From IMG/VR virus record IMGVR_UViG_3300027733_000032: a stretch of DNA of 64,000 bases; one strand, given 5' to 3'. Every line of letters starts with the position of its first letter. Positions within the stretch are counted from its first letter, which is position 1. The position numbers and the translations under genes are program-made. The DNA is from a virus. The notes below the pieces were generated by a model, which saw only the letters and a program-made list of their open reading frames with translations, was not told the origin of the DNA and searched no databases. Positions 48,285-61,715 of this stretch are shown piece by piece.

Positions 48285-51200
48285 TTACCCCAATCGAGAT
48301 GTATCAATAATACCAGCAGTGCCGCTATCAAATGTGAATTTACTAAAGTCCAGAACTACTTGACTAGTATAGTTTATTCCCATTGGACGAGTTTGCTCAA
48401 CTGCAGCCAATACTAGGGGCGAAGAAGAGGCGTAAGCGTAGCCAGTTGTGGTTGAACCAGTCAATGCACTGGCGATAACAAAATGCGTTGCCGTAGCGGC
48501 GACTATTGTCGCGTCATTGACGTTAAAAGTACCGACGGTACCTACAAAACTTACTTTATCTCCAGCAGAAAATGTATTTACAGCAGTATATCTAACATAT
48601 CCAGGAATTGCCGAACCGTTAATATCTGCTCCGTCATCAACAGCGGTCACTTTAATAAGCGGTTTTGCCGTACCTGTAATCCCAGACGTGCTGGTGGTTG
48701 CTGCAGTACTTACTTCAAATGACGGAATCAATGTTTTTGCAATTCCTCCCGATGAATAAGCCCCACCCGTAGAACCATTAAACAGTGAAAAAAAGAATTG
48801 TGTTGAACTATTTACATTTACGGTTGCCGTTCTATTAAACGAATTTGGCGTTATCCCAGTTACCGCAACCGTATCGCCGTCATTGAAATAATGAGGTGAT
48901 GACGTGTTGTAGGCAGTTGTACCATAGAATGAAGAATAAGAAGCACTGGATATGGCGATATTAGTTCCCTTGGTTGCGCTAACCGTCGCACCAGAAATAC
49001 TCCAGTCGCTACTTGATGTTCCTACACTATCAACACAGCCTACGTAGACAATGTCTCCAGGAATATAAGAATGAATCGCTTCTGTTGCGTATTGGCGACT
49101 TCCGTCAAAGTACACACCAGCAGTTGATGATTGCTCCAATAAAGCAGCATCCACATATATCTTTGGCACGTATGTAGAAGTTGAGGCGTGTGCCGTCCCC
49201 GTCCAAGCAGCCTCTGTCGCAGAAGTGGAGCCATCAAAGTAAGTGTTCAGCGTTGATGATTCTTCAACGAGAACAGCATCTAGATAGTTAATCGTGGAAG
49301 TCGTGCCGCCGCCCTCGATTGAGTCTTGATAAATACGAAATTCAAAAGTTGCGGCAGTAGCAGGACATACTCTTGTTTGGCTGAATCTTTGCCAAGATGT
49401 ATTTGGGTTGTTGGATTGGTGAATGTCATCCAGGACGAGCGTTCCAGCAGAGTTGTACCACATAAAGTTACAAACAACCGAGCCAGTGTCCACGGACTGT
49501 TTCAAGTAAAAACTTCCTGTATATGAAGACCCAACGTTACAGACAATTCTTGTCGCTTGTGTTGCAAGTACTGCGGTAGAACTTGTGTAACTCATAGAGA
49601 GAGACGCTATGCCCTTAAAAGAATGAGCGGTAGTTCTAGAGTAAGTACCTGTAATTGCCCAGCCTGTTGTGTCTACCCCAAATGACGGATTGGGTACCAA
49701 GTTCACACGAGGTGGCAATGTGGACGTTGAGTTGTTTGCCGTACCTGTCCATGTTGCACCGGGTCTTGTTCCGTCAAAGTAACTCTGCACTGTTGCCGAC
49801 TGCTCTAGTAATACGCTGTCTATCTGATGAGCGTCACTGATAGCACCTGTGCCTGTTGATGTCAAAATAAGCAGAACATTGGTAGTGCTGGCAGGGACTG
49901 TGCCTGTTGCTGATAGGCGAGTAGATGTTGCACAAGTAGAAGAAGTACCCGACACAACAGATATGAGAGTACCGCCGTTGTAGAATTGTATATCCCATCT
50001 GTACGAGCGTGAGCCAACTGTACGCAAACAATAAGCAGAGACAGTCAGGGTTGAACCCTCTGTCGGTGTCGCATAAGTAAAGTACGGACCGTATGACGCT
50101 GTGCTTGATGCTACCGAAGTAGCAGAATACGAACCAGTGCCACCTGTAATTGTTCCTGCTGTTGCTGTAAAACTTGAAACAAACGGAGACCAACTTGTCG
50201 TATTGTTAGACTCGAACGAAGGGTTTAAGCATAAGTTCGTGCGGATGAGAAGAGCCTCCATTGAGCCCGACAGACGAGCAACAAGGAGTATGGTGCCCGT
50301 GGCAGTCACGTTCTTGGTAGTAGAGAGACGCACCCACGAACCAGCAACGAGAGTGGCATTACTCTGCGAAACTGCCGAAACTGTTGCAGTACCACCTTCT
50401 TGGTCTACGCTGACAGTTCTACCTGCAAGAATTGAGTCTGCTGGAATATAAACATACATCGAGAAAGTATGAAGACCTGTTGTCAAAACTGTTGGCGATA
50501 CATAGGCAATATTACTGTCAGTTGTTGAACCGAAAGTAATTTTATAAGAGGCCGTGCCCCTTAAATCAAAGTCCGTAGACCGAACAGCAGGTGACTGTGC
50601 GGAATTCCACCCTGTTGTATCAGTTTCAAACGATGGGTTCGTTATTAGATTATAACGAACGCTGGTGATGTTGACGGCATCGCCAGAAATACCAAGCGTT
50701 TCTGTAAAAAGTGTTTGTATTTTTACGTTAAATGAACCTTGATTGGAAAAGGCAACAAATTTATTGCCAGTTAAGTAGCGCGATACGGTTTCTCTAACTG
50801 CTTCAAGGGAACCCGCCTTGGTACCAAAGTATCTATTCTCTAGTTGCCACTGATGGAAGTCGTATTGAGAGTCTTCCCATGTTGTGATTGCCCCATCGGA
50901 AAAATCGCGAGCATAGATGTTGTCAATCAACGTGCGTCCAGTAAATTGTCCAAGCCAACGCCTATTTACTGCAGTAACTGATTGCCTATCAACAAGTTCG
51001 CTGTATATAAATTTTTCCGTACCATCTGCGTAGGCTGGTATTTCTGAAAGGTCGTATTTAAAAAGTTGTGTGTATAATTCAGAAATATTATTTACGTTTG
51101 TCATTAATGCACTTATTAATTTTGCCAATGGATAACTCGGAGTCGACGTTGAATCTATATCTTTATATACCTGAGGAATGACGGTATTTGATGCACGCAC

Positions 51201-52019
51201 TGACCACTCGCGCTGAAAAGCAAGTTCATCAATAAGTACTGGAAATGCAAAGTAAATTTCGCTGCCGATTGAGTGCCCACTAATTGTGTATGTAATATCG
51301 CACGAGACATCTTCTCCACTATATTTTAAAAATGGACTAGAACCCGTATCTGTTTCTGGAATTATATAGGCATATCCGTCACTGAGTGTTGATGAGTAGT
51401 TTCCAGTTGCCGTGCTTGCAACAGTAAACGTATTGGACGTTGCGCTGGTTACAGTAACCCCGTTAAGTTCGTAAGTATTTGGACTAATGCCATGTGTTCG
51501 TATGACATCCCCAATGGAAAATGTATTGAATCCTGTAAATGTCACCGTAGAGCCAGTTCCAACCGCATTTGTTATTTGGGCGGTCTTGCCACGCTTCAAT
51601 AAAATTGAGCCAGTTCGTACTGCGTTAAATCTATCGACAACCGTGGACGTGCTTGCCGATGAAAATTTCATACTACCACTAACTGGTGATGTTATTTTTA
51701 ATTCTCCGGATACTTCGAGTTCAACGTTCGAACTTACAAGGCCATGCGAGAGGTATGAAATTTCACTTAGCGGCCTATCATTTGTACCAGGTATGGATTG
51801 GTTAAGTAATCGCAATAAAATAACATTAGTGTTTGTTGGCGTTATTTTTATTGTATAAAAACTTGGCAATATATATGGGGTAGATACAATGCTTATTGAC
51901 GCATTAGTTGAGGTCCAGTCGACTAAGGGACCATATGTCTCCAGTTCCCTATCCGCTCCATTGGCATCAGCAATTGATAATGCGTTGTTATATGAAAGTA
52001 AATTTACTGTTTCCGACAT
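48285..52019 (-). CDS. Baseplate wedge/tail protein with three CBM4/9-like modules and FCCH-like beta repeats
   Basis: NL..NPSF x3; RRWLGQF.G..FG.KAGS..AV wedge-like segment; C-terminal RPMGI. Confidence 0.75.
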   Translation of the reverse strand: MSETVNLLSYNNALSIADANGADRELETYGPLVDWTSTNASISIVSTPYILPSFYTIKITPTNTNVILLRLLNQSIPGTNDRPLSEISYLSHGLVSSNVELEVSGELKITSPVSGSMKFSSASTSTVVDRFNAVRTGSILLKRGKTAQITNAVGTGSTVTFTGFNTFSIGDVIRTHGISPNTYELNGVTVTSATSNTFTVASTATGNYSSTLSDGYAYIIPETDTGSSPFLKYSGEDVSCDITYTISGHSIGSEIYFAFPVLIDELAFQREWSVRASNTVIPQVYKDIDSTSTPSYPLAKLISALMTNVNNISELYTQLFKYDLSEIPAYADGTEKFIYSELVDRQSVTAVNRRWLGQFTGRTLIDNIYARDFSDGAITTWEDSQYDFHQWQLENRYFGTKAGSLEAVRETVSRYLTGNKFVAFSNQGSFNVKIQTLFTETLGISGDAVNITSVRYNLITNPSFETDTTGWNSAQSPAVRSTDFDLRGTASYKITFGSTTDSNIAYVSPTVLTTGLHTFSMYVYIPADSILAGRTVSVDQEGGTATVSAVSQSNATLVAGSWVRLSTTKNVTATGTILLVARLSGSMEALLIRTNLCLNPSFESNNTTSWSPFVSSFTATAGTITGGTGSYSATSVASSTASYGPYFTYATPTEGSTLTVSAYCLRTVGSRSYRWDIQFYNGGTLISVVSGTSSTCATSTRLSATGTVPASTTNVLLILTSTGTGAISDAHQIDSVLLEQSATVQSYFDGTRPGATWTGTANNSTSTLPPRVNLVPNPSFGVDTTGWAITGTYSRTTAHSFKGIASLSMSYTSSTAVLATQATRIVCNVGSSYTGSFYLKQSVDTGSVVCNFMWYNSAGTLVLDDIHQSNNPNTSWQRFSQTRVCPATAATFEFRIYQDSIEGGGTTSTINYLDAVLVEESSTLNTYFDGSTSATEAAWTGTAHASTSTYVPKIYVDAALLEQSSTAGVYFDGSRQYATEAIHSYIPGDIVYVGCVDSVGTSSSDWSISGATVSATKGTNIAISSASYSSFYGTTAYNTSSPHYFNDGDTVAVTGITPNSFNRTATVNVNSSTQFFFSLFNGSTGGAYSSGGIAKTLIPSFEVSTAATTSTSGITGTAKPLIKVTAVDDGADINGSAIPGYVRYTAVNTFSAGDKVSFVGTVGTFNVNDATIVAATATHFVIASALTGSTTTGYAYASSSPLVLAAVEQTRPMGINYTSQVVLDFSKFTFDSGTAGIIDTSRLG

Positions 52020-52020
52020 T

Positions 52021-53709
52021 CTAAATTGCCTCTAACGAGTACGTAACACTAACCCCGGAAGAAGGTATATTAGGCAAGAAGCCTCTGTTCTTAAAAACAA
52101 GAGAAGTTGTGCTTGTGGAGTTCATCCCATCAAAGTGGAGATATGCGCTACCAGTCTTTGAAGTAGTCGTAGCAATGCAAGGATTTGCTATAACGAAATG
52201 AGTTGCGTTTGCTGCAATGATAGTTGAATTTGTAAAATCATAATATGCGGTTCCGGTTGTGGTTGAGCCAGTTGCTGTTGATGAAATTGTGAAATACGAA
52301 CTGCTCGCGTTTGTGACTACGGCGCGGGTGAAGTCAAATCCCGTTCCACCACAATCAATTGTGACAATATCGCCAACGGTTAGTGAGTTGGTGGTGGTGG
52401 CAAAACGCAATGTCCCTGCGGTAGTAGTCCCACCTAGGTTCGTATTCGGTGCCACGGCAGTAATGGTGATTGTATTAATGTTCGTCGTTATATCAACTTC
52501 TTGGCCAGCAACAAAACTATTAGACGCTGTAAATCGAACGTATCCTGTTACGGCAGTATCAGTCAAAGATTTGCCAGTTTGAATTTCTGTAACAGACACG
52601 GCTGCGGGTGGGGTTAGGGTTACAGAATTAACGTAGAGAACTTCTGGCATCTCGGAAATAATAGAGGCAATACCATTTGTCCGTATCTGTGGACTACTGA
52701 CACTCAATTCACTCTGCGGCCATGAACCAACGCTGTAGTAAGCAGCAATTAGTATTTTTATTTCATCAACAACGTCACTTGCGGTATATTTTGCATTCAA
52801 AACTGCATTTACGGCAACCGTTGGTGATGACAGTATGAAATTAGAAACGGTTATTGTTATGCCAGCAATACACCTATCCGCTGCCCATGTTTGGATTTCT
52901 GATAGTTCTGAGTTTGTTAGCGCCGCTCCATTGCCATATACGTAAATAGCAATATATCCAGGTACGGCCACCGCCGCCGTTGATGTTGATGATAAGGAGT
53001 TTGTGACATCGTAAACTTTGCAACGCTGAACATTGATAAAACTTGTCAAAATGGCGGACTGCAATTGTTTTGCTGTTGAAAAAGTTTGGGTGAGGCTTTC
53101 TAGGTAAGTCAAGGCAGCATCAAGAAATTCTCCATCACCCATTGGGTTGACGCCGTTAACAAACGAGGTAACAGTGACGGAATTTATGTCAGTGTCAATG
53201 CTCAATGGAAGTAATATATCCCCGGCGGCAAGTACTGGGATTTGTCCAGCAAAAGTGCATTTAACGGAGATATTAGCAGATGGGCTAGTAGGCGATGTTG
53301 TTGATGCTATTGCAGTATCTTCAATCGCCTCAAATACATAATCTTCATATGTGGAGGTTCCAGGCAAGATATATCTATAGCGAAACTGAGTCCCTGCAGG
53401 TATTGTCATTCCATCATATCCATAAAGCGTTACCGCAAGAATTGCCGTGGACTTAGAACCCGCATTTCTCTCATATCCCGCCATAGATACGAGGCCCTCC
53501 ATGAGTCGACTTGGGAGCCTGTTGACGGAGTTGGCGATAATTGTAGAGGTATACGAAAAAGCCTGAAACAATACATCCTCTACAGTCCCTTGGCGCAGCA
53601 CGAATTCCGGAAGTAATAGACGGGCCGAATTGACCGATGCTCGGTAAAGGGCAGTAGGCTCAGAATCGTAAACTGTTAAATCTATATAGCGTGAAAAATC
53701 GGCGGACAT
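52021..53709 (-). CDS. Baseplate J-like protein
   Basis: VSMAGYERNAG.K..A..T..G.TIPAGTQF..F..C..AG..NG...PGYIAIYV. Confidence 0.8.
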   Translation of the reverse strand: MSADFSRYIDLTVYDSEPTALYRASVNSARLLLPEFVLRQGTVEDVLFQAFSYTSTIIANSVNRLPSRLMEGLVSMAGYERNAGSKSTAILAVTLYGYDGMTIPAGTQFRYRYILPGTSTYEDYVFEAIEDTAIASTTSPTSPSANISVKCTFAGQIPVLAAGDILLPLSIDTDINSVTVTSFVNGVNPMGDGEFLDAALTYLESLTQTFSTAKQLQSAILTSFINVQRCKVYDVTNSLSSTSTAAVAVPGYIAIYVYGNGAALTNSELSEIQTWAADRCIAGITITVSNFILSSPTVAVNAVLNAKYTASDVVDEIKILIAAYYSVGSWPQSELSVSSPQIRTNGIASIISEMPEVLYVNSVTLTPPAAVSVTEIQTGKSLTDTAVTGYVRFTASNSFVAGQEVDITTNINTITITAVAPNTNLGGTTTAGTLRFATTTNSLTVGDIVTIDCGGTGFDFTRAVVTNASSSYFTISSTATGSTTTGTAYYDFTNSTIIAANATHFVIANPCIATTTSKTGSAYLHFDGMNSTSTTSLVFKNRGFLPNIPSSGVSVTYSLEAI

Positions 53710-54005
53710 TAATATCTCCTGGAATACGTAAAAGCGACATCTCTCTCGCCCTGATTGGATTCATTTGTCTCTATGGACAGGAGGCGTATTTCCGGAACGT
53801 ACCGAGAGGCCTGAATCATGAACTGACCCTTGTCAATACTGTTAAAGGTGGGGTCAAAAACGCCAAATTGTGGGGTAATGGGCAGTACTCTGGGCTCAGT
53901 TCGTGCCGTGATACTCAATAACTGCTTATAGTATTCATCTGAGTCATCGGCAAGTTTCCTGAAACCAGTATTATCGTACTCAATAGGAAGTTTAATTGTG
54001 TCCAT
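53709..54005 (-). CDS. gp25/GpW-like baseplate wedge protein
   Basis: IKLP..L..T.P..P.FGV.DP.F...YVPEIRL; immediately upstream of baseplate J. Confidence 0.68.
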   Translation of the reverse strand: MDTIKLPIEYDNTGFRKLADDSDEYYKQLLSITARTEPRVLPITPQFGVFDPTFNSIDKGQFMIQASRYVPEIRLLSIETNESNQGERDVAFTYSRRY

Positions 54006-54055
54006 GCGCGCTCCTAGTCCACATTAATCTTACACTGCAAGCACCATCGTGGGGC

Positions 54056-54205
54056 TTATTCGGCGTTTAGCGTTGTGCTTTTCTCTGATATTTCACGCAT
54101 TGTGCCGATTGTTGCCTCAAGGACAGCAATTCGCTGCGCTTGTGCTGCAATCTGGTTTGTCAAAGATTCAATAATCTTATTGACATCAATCTGTACGTCA
54201 CTCAT
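54056..54205 (-). CDS. Small coiled-coil protein (49 aa, not in the ORF track)
   Basis: MSDVQIDVNKIIESLTNQIAAQAQRIAVLEATIGTMREISEKSTTLNAE*. Confidence 0.65.
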   Translation of the reverse strand: MSDVQIDVNKIIESLTNQIAAQAQRIAVLEATIGTMREISEKSTTLNAE

Positions 54206-54430
54206 TTATTCTCCAATTTCTGTGCTTATTAAATTGACTAGTTCGTCAATCGATATGGATGTTAGCAAAGTTTCATCAGGGATGTCTATGCCAAACCTTA
54301 ATTCAAGTTTTAAGACAATCTCCGCTACGTCCAGTTCTGAGCATTGAAGTGGCTCCGAATATTCCCCAACTTCGGGGATAACCGTCAGTGCGCACTCTGC
54401 TACTGCCGTGGTCAATTCTCCTAGCGTCAT
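54206..54430 (-). CDS. Acyl-carrier-protein-like protein with the acceptor Ser replaced
   Basis: CSELDVAEIVLKLELRFGIDIPDE..ISIDELVNLI aligns to ACP DSLDTVELVMALEEEFD.EIPDE..TV..A.D.I; acidic, 74 aa; ATGA-coupled to the fibre gene. Confidence 0.7.
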   Translation of the reverse strand: MTLGELTTAVAECALTVIPEVGEYSEPLQCSELDVAEIVLKLELRFGIDIPDETLLTSISIDELVNLISTEIGE

Positions 54431-56204
54431 CTGTTCTCCAATGCTGCAACTCTTACTTCAAGTTCTTTGATTGCCGCAATCGCGATAGCGGACATTGACA
54501 ACCCATCAAGACCACTGAAGTTTCCTTCAGCATCTATGCGCCCTGCTTGCGGCACTACTTCTGCCACTTCTTCGGCAATAAATCCAATCTGACCCTTATC
54601 CCAGTCTAAGTAACGAGGACACGGACTCTCTATTGAGCCCTGGCAATCTCTGCCACATTTATGAATGAGGTCTTCACCAAACCAGGGGTCAATACCTGCA
54701 TTCTGCCTTGCGCTATTCAAACGTTCCAACGCCTTTACGCGTGTCTCCGTTATTGGCAACTGAGCCATATAATCGTCGTGAATCCACTTATAGGTGACTG
54801 GTCGTAGTTGTTTAACAATATCAAGACTGTTAATAAGTTCTAAACCATTTACTGCCGAACCCGCAGATTGTGGTTTTACAGGCCAATTACTAATGTCTTG
54901 TTTTAATGAACGTGATGACGTGTTTACAATAATTGCATAAAAATTTGAATATGCACTGTCATTATAGTTTCGCAAATATACGTTGTCAACGGAAGCACCT
55001 ACACGGAATTGTGGGGCAATACCAGAAGCATGCAGAGCAATCGATACAGCAGAGCCCCCACTGCCCGCTCTAATGTTGGTGGTTGTGTAGTCAGTAGTGA
55101 CTTCCCTAGTAGAATATATAGTTCCACTGGACGTTATTGATGTGGCAGAAACTGTTCCCCCACTCTGATTCGTAGCAGTAGTGGCAGAAGTGGCAGAAGT
55201 TGCAGTAGCAGCGTTGCCAGTAGTGTTATCGGAAGTTCTCGCACTGTCAACACGAACACCATAAGTATAGGTACCATTCCAGCCCATAAGAGTTGGATAT
55301 GTGCTCGTCCAAGCAATCGCAGCATTAGTATTATTTACTGCACCACCCGAAGGAGAAGTTGACTGAGAGGCATCAAATATTGTATGACTATTTCCATAGT
55401 TTTTCCACGCAAGTTGACCAACAGTGGCAGAGATTGTTCCGTTGGTACTCCAGTTGGCTCTATCAGTAGAAAGATTAGTTGCCGTAGAAGCGTTGCCCGT
55501 CAGCGCAGCAGTAATAGTACCTGCCGTGAAGTTTCCCGAACCATCACGAGCAACAATCGCACTGAATGTATTAGCACTTGTAGCAGTTGTTTTTGAGTTT
55601 GCGATAGAGCCAGCAAGCATCGTATTTGTTACCGTGCCAGTATCGCCAGTAGTAATAACCGTTCCCGTAGTTGCAGGGAAAGTCACAGTCACGGAGCCAG
55701 TTATTGCGGTTGGTTGAATAACTAAAGTTCCGCTAGTGGAGCCGGGCATTGAGATACTAGTAATGCCAGTTAAGCCAAGATTTGCAGATGAACGATTTAG
55801 CGTAATTGCGGTTGTTCCAACGTATGTCGTATCGCCAAGAAGGGCTACCGTGCCCGTGTTATTGGGTAAAGTAATTGTTCTATCGGCTGTGGGGTCAGTA
55901 ACAGTTAATGTTGTTTCGTGAAGATTGTCGGTACCTTCAAAAATAACACTTCCGGTTGTGTAGATATTTCCACGAACATCCAGCGTCTCGGTCGGTGAGG
56001 CAGTACCAATTCCAACACGGTCGGTGGATGAGTCGACCTTGAGTGTTGTTGTGTCAACAGTGATATCGCCAGTAACGTTAAGACTCGCCAGAGTCATAGT
56101 GCTCGTAAAAGCGATAGTCCATTTACCGTCTGCGTAAATCCATGTCTTGTCACCAAACGTATAGGTGTCGTTATCTACTGGGGAGTTAGGAAAATCAATA
56201 GCCA

Positions 56205-56205
<1 letters not shown>
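54427..56205 (-). CDS. Tail fibre with C-terminal intramolecular chaperone (Peptidase S74)
   Basis: MAIDFP module; SSRSLKQDI, LRPVTYKW, GFIAEEV..VVP, AIKEL..RV..LE. Confidence 0.9.
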
Positions 56206-59021
<2,816 letters not shown>

Positions 59022-59022
59022 T

Positions 59023-60309
59023 TTAAAGCAATACGTTCGTGTTTGCGGCTTCGCCTACTGGAATTTGAGTAATGTACTTTGCTTCTCTTTCTGGCTTTCT
59101 GAATGTTATTTGCACGGGGTCCGTGGACATGTGTGGATACGAGACTTCTGTAATCAAATAATAATCGTTAAAAGTCGGTATGCCATCAACGTATATCGTC
59201 ATACCAGGGCGGAGAAAAATCCCATTTGTTCTATCCAGAGTTAAAGAACCTTCTACTTCGTAAATGTCATTGTCGGACCTTCTGAAAGTTGGCATTGACA
59301 AAGGTATTAGTGCTTCGGGATACTTTACAGCGGAAAAAATATCACCCGTATCGGCATCGAACAACCACCTCGGAGAACCAGGAAGCGACCCAGGTATAGT
59401 TGCATTGTACGATTCGTAAAAATCTATTTTCTTCTGCGTTGGATACCAATCTTGCGGTATGGCGGGCCAGTGCACATACCAATAATTCATTGCCTTCATA
59501 TCAAAAACATTTGTCTTTGGGTTAAAAATATCAGCACTGGGATTATATTCCGGCCCCCATAGCCCATATATGTATTGATTGGAAGTAAAAAACAATGTCC
59601 CATTGGCCTCAAATAGGGAAAACTTTGCAGATGAGGCAAGGCTACTGAGTACGTCCCATAGCGAATCGGCCTGCTTGTCTGTTCCACCCTTGCTTATTTG
59701 TTTACTTTTTGATGTTTTTTGAACGAAAGATTTTAAATTATATTCTGCTGCGGCTTGAGACACATAAACATGCCCCTCCCCTTTTATGCTACTGGGCTTT
59801 TTGTCTCGTTTCATTTGCTGAATTGCCTTGGTTCTTGCCTCTACGGTTATTGCTGGTGATGCACCAGAGCCAGGGGCAATACTCACCGAAGCAACTTCAT
59901 ATACTTGAGTAACCCAACCAATGTATTTGGTCTTTTCTTCAGCAACTTTATCAAGAGCAAAAGTAGGGCCAGATGGATGGTCGGATATTTGCCCTGTAGG
60001 ACCAACCGGCACATCTTGACCAAAATTTTCATATATTTCTGGCGTAGAACTTTTGAATAAAATATTTTGACCGATATTAAAATAGTTACTTTTGAGCATT
60101 CGGAACTCGGGGTCAAATAACTGGATTGAAATTTGCGGACACAAATCCATTGAATAACTCACGTTTATTGATATGAGCGATTCCGCTATGGGGAATGCGA
60201 GTTCATCACTTATATTCAACCATGAAATAACAAAATCTTGGTCCTGTGAACCAGTGAGTTCATATTCTTTCCCAGTTTGCCTTTCGACTATTTTGAATTC
60301 TGCTGTCAT
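59023..60309 (-). CDS. Baseplate hub/tail protein (gp27/XkdQ-like)
   Basis: SDWDVL-like [22 protein letters not shown]; LRPGMTI.V.G..Y.ITEV; position between tube-initiator and spike. Confidence 0.62.
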   Translation of the reverse strand: MTAEFKIVERQTGKEYELTGSQDQDFVISWLNISDELAFPIAESLISINVSYSMDLCPQISIQLFDPEFRMLKSNYFNIGQNILFKSSTPEIYENFGQDVPVGPTGQISDHPSGPTFALDKVAEEKTKYIGWVTQVYEVASVSIAPGSGASPAITVEARTKAIQQMKRDKKPSSIKGEGHVYVSQAAAEYNLKSFVQKTSKSKQISKGGTDKQADSLWDVLSSLASSAKFSLFEANGTLFFTSNQYIYGLWGPEYNPSADIFNPKTNVFDMKAMNYWYVHWPAIPQDWYPTQKKIDFYESYNATIPGSLPGSPRWLFDADTGDIFSAVKYPEALIPLSMPTFRRSDNDIYEVEGSLTLDRTNGIFLRPGMTIYVDGIPTFNDYYLITEVSYPHMSTDPVQITFRKPEREAKYITQIPVGEAANTNVLL

Positions 60310-60311
60310 TT

Positions 60312-61715
60312 TTATGTCGCCGAAGCGTCCGTATATACTGCAGTCGTTCTATTGGGGCCACCAGTAGCAACAAGTGAAAGTCTGGCATATTCTACGGGTC
60401 CTCCACCCGCCGTAGTGGTCTTGGGGACAGGAAGCGGTGGGGCCCCAATCGGCGCAAGATAAACGACAGAAACGCGTTCAACTGGGACCTCGGTAAATGT
60501 CATCTCAATTTGTGCCACAGATATCCCCGATGGGGTGCTTGCAGTCCCAGTCGTAAAATCCGTAGCACGTCGTGTGGCCGTCACACTCATATCATTTATC
60601 ACAAACTCTAGCCCACGTCCAAGGTCTTTGCCACGCCGTAATTGTATTGTCAAAAGTTCATCCATGTTAATGAATGTAATCGGAACTTTACGTTGAGCCA
60701 TTTGTCTCAATTTCTGAATCTGTGGTTCTACTGCAATACTCATACCGTCTGGGACAATCGCACCACCAGTCTCAACTCGGTCCGAAGCAATAATGAAACT
60801 CATGCTAACTTTCATTAATGGCCATCTAGCCCAATCTATAAACGGCAGATTTTCGGCACGAGGTATTTCTACCCATTCACTAGCAAGACCATCATATTTG
60901 ATATTTTGTGGAATATAACGGAATAAAAATTCATCCGTGTATGTATTTCCATTAGGATTTAACCATGTTTGTACAAAACCTGGCTTGGTCGATTTTGAAG
61001 TTGCGACACCAGCATAACCAATTGGCATCCTGACAACCAATCGTACTGCCGAATCCATCTCGTATGCCGTAGATGTGTCTGTGTCGTTTGTTCCGTTTCC
61101 AGTCCCACCTCCACCTCCGCCCCCACCATTCCCTGTTCCTGTTTGGTTATTTATGGACGCGTAGTAGGCGTCTCCAGGATTAACGTAGTTGCCACTCACG
61201 TCCCGAGCCAATGTATCCGCATTGAAGTTGCGTCCATTCGTAGGGCCGCTCGCCGCACTACTAGTGCCACCCTGCTGAAAACTTGCATCGCGTCGAGTTT
61301 TTAGTTCTCTATATCTTGTAAGGCTAATAACAGGATAGTTGTTATCCTTAACCGCATTGTATTTACGGAAAAGTTGATTACTCTTCGCCGAGCCAGAATC
61401 TGGATATGTGGAAATACGTAGATAAAAATTATAATCTCCTGCGCCTATTGCGCCGTTATTGGTTGGGTCAAGCAATTTCCATAACGAACACGCATACAGA
61501 TTGGACATATGATTGCCCGGTCCCTTAACTAGACCAACGCTTCCAGTTTTTACCCATTTTGTTTTAGTTGCCTCGTTCGTATCCCCCTGCCTATCCGTAG
61601 TTTTGTAGCCATCAATTGCTGCACGTGGACTCCACGGGTCTAGTTTTTCAATAAAATACATAGGCCACTCCGTTGAAGTGGTTACCCGACCGCCAGAAAG
61701 TCCATCCTCAAGCAT
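60312..61715 (-). CDS. Tail tube-initiator-like protein
   Basis: F.Y.P..IKY.G....W.EI.R...P domain; position directly after the tape measure gene. Confidence 0.55.
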   Translation of the reverse strand: MLEDGLSGGRVTTSTEWPMYFIEKLDPWSPRAAIDGYKTTDRQGDTNEATKTKWVKTGSVGLVKGPGNHMSNLYACSLWKLLDPTNNGAIGAGDYNFYLRISTYPDSGSAKSNQLFRKYNAVKDNNYPVISLTRYRELKTRRDASFQQGGTSSAASGPTNGRNFNADTLARDVSGNYVNPGDAYYASINNQTGTGNGGGGGGGGTGNGTNDTDTSTAYEMDSAVRLVVRMPIGYAGVATSKSTKPGFVQTWLNPNGNTYTDEFLFRYIPQNIKYDGLASEWVEIPRAENLPFIDWARWPLMKVSMSFIIASDRVETGGAIVPDGMSIAVEPQIQKLRQMAQRKVPITFINMDELLTIQLRRGKDLGRGLEFVINDMSVTATRRATDFTTGTASTPSGISVAQIEMTFTEVPVERVSVVYLAPIGAPPLPVPKTTTAGGGPVEYARLSLVATGGPNRTTAVYTDASAT

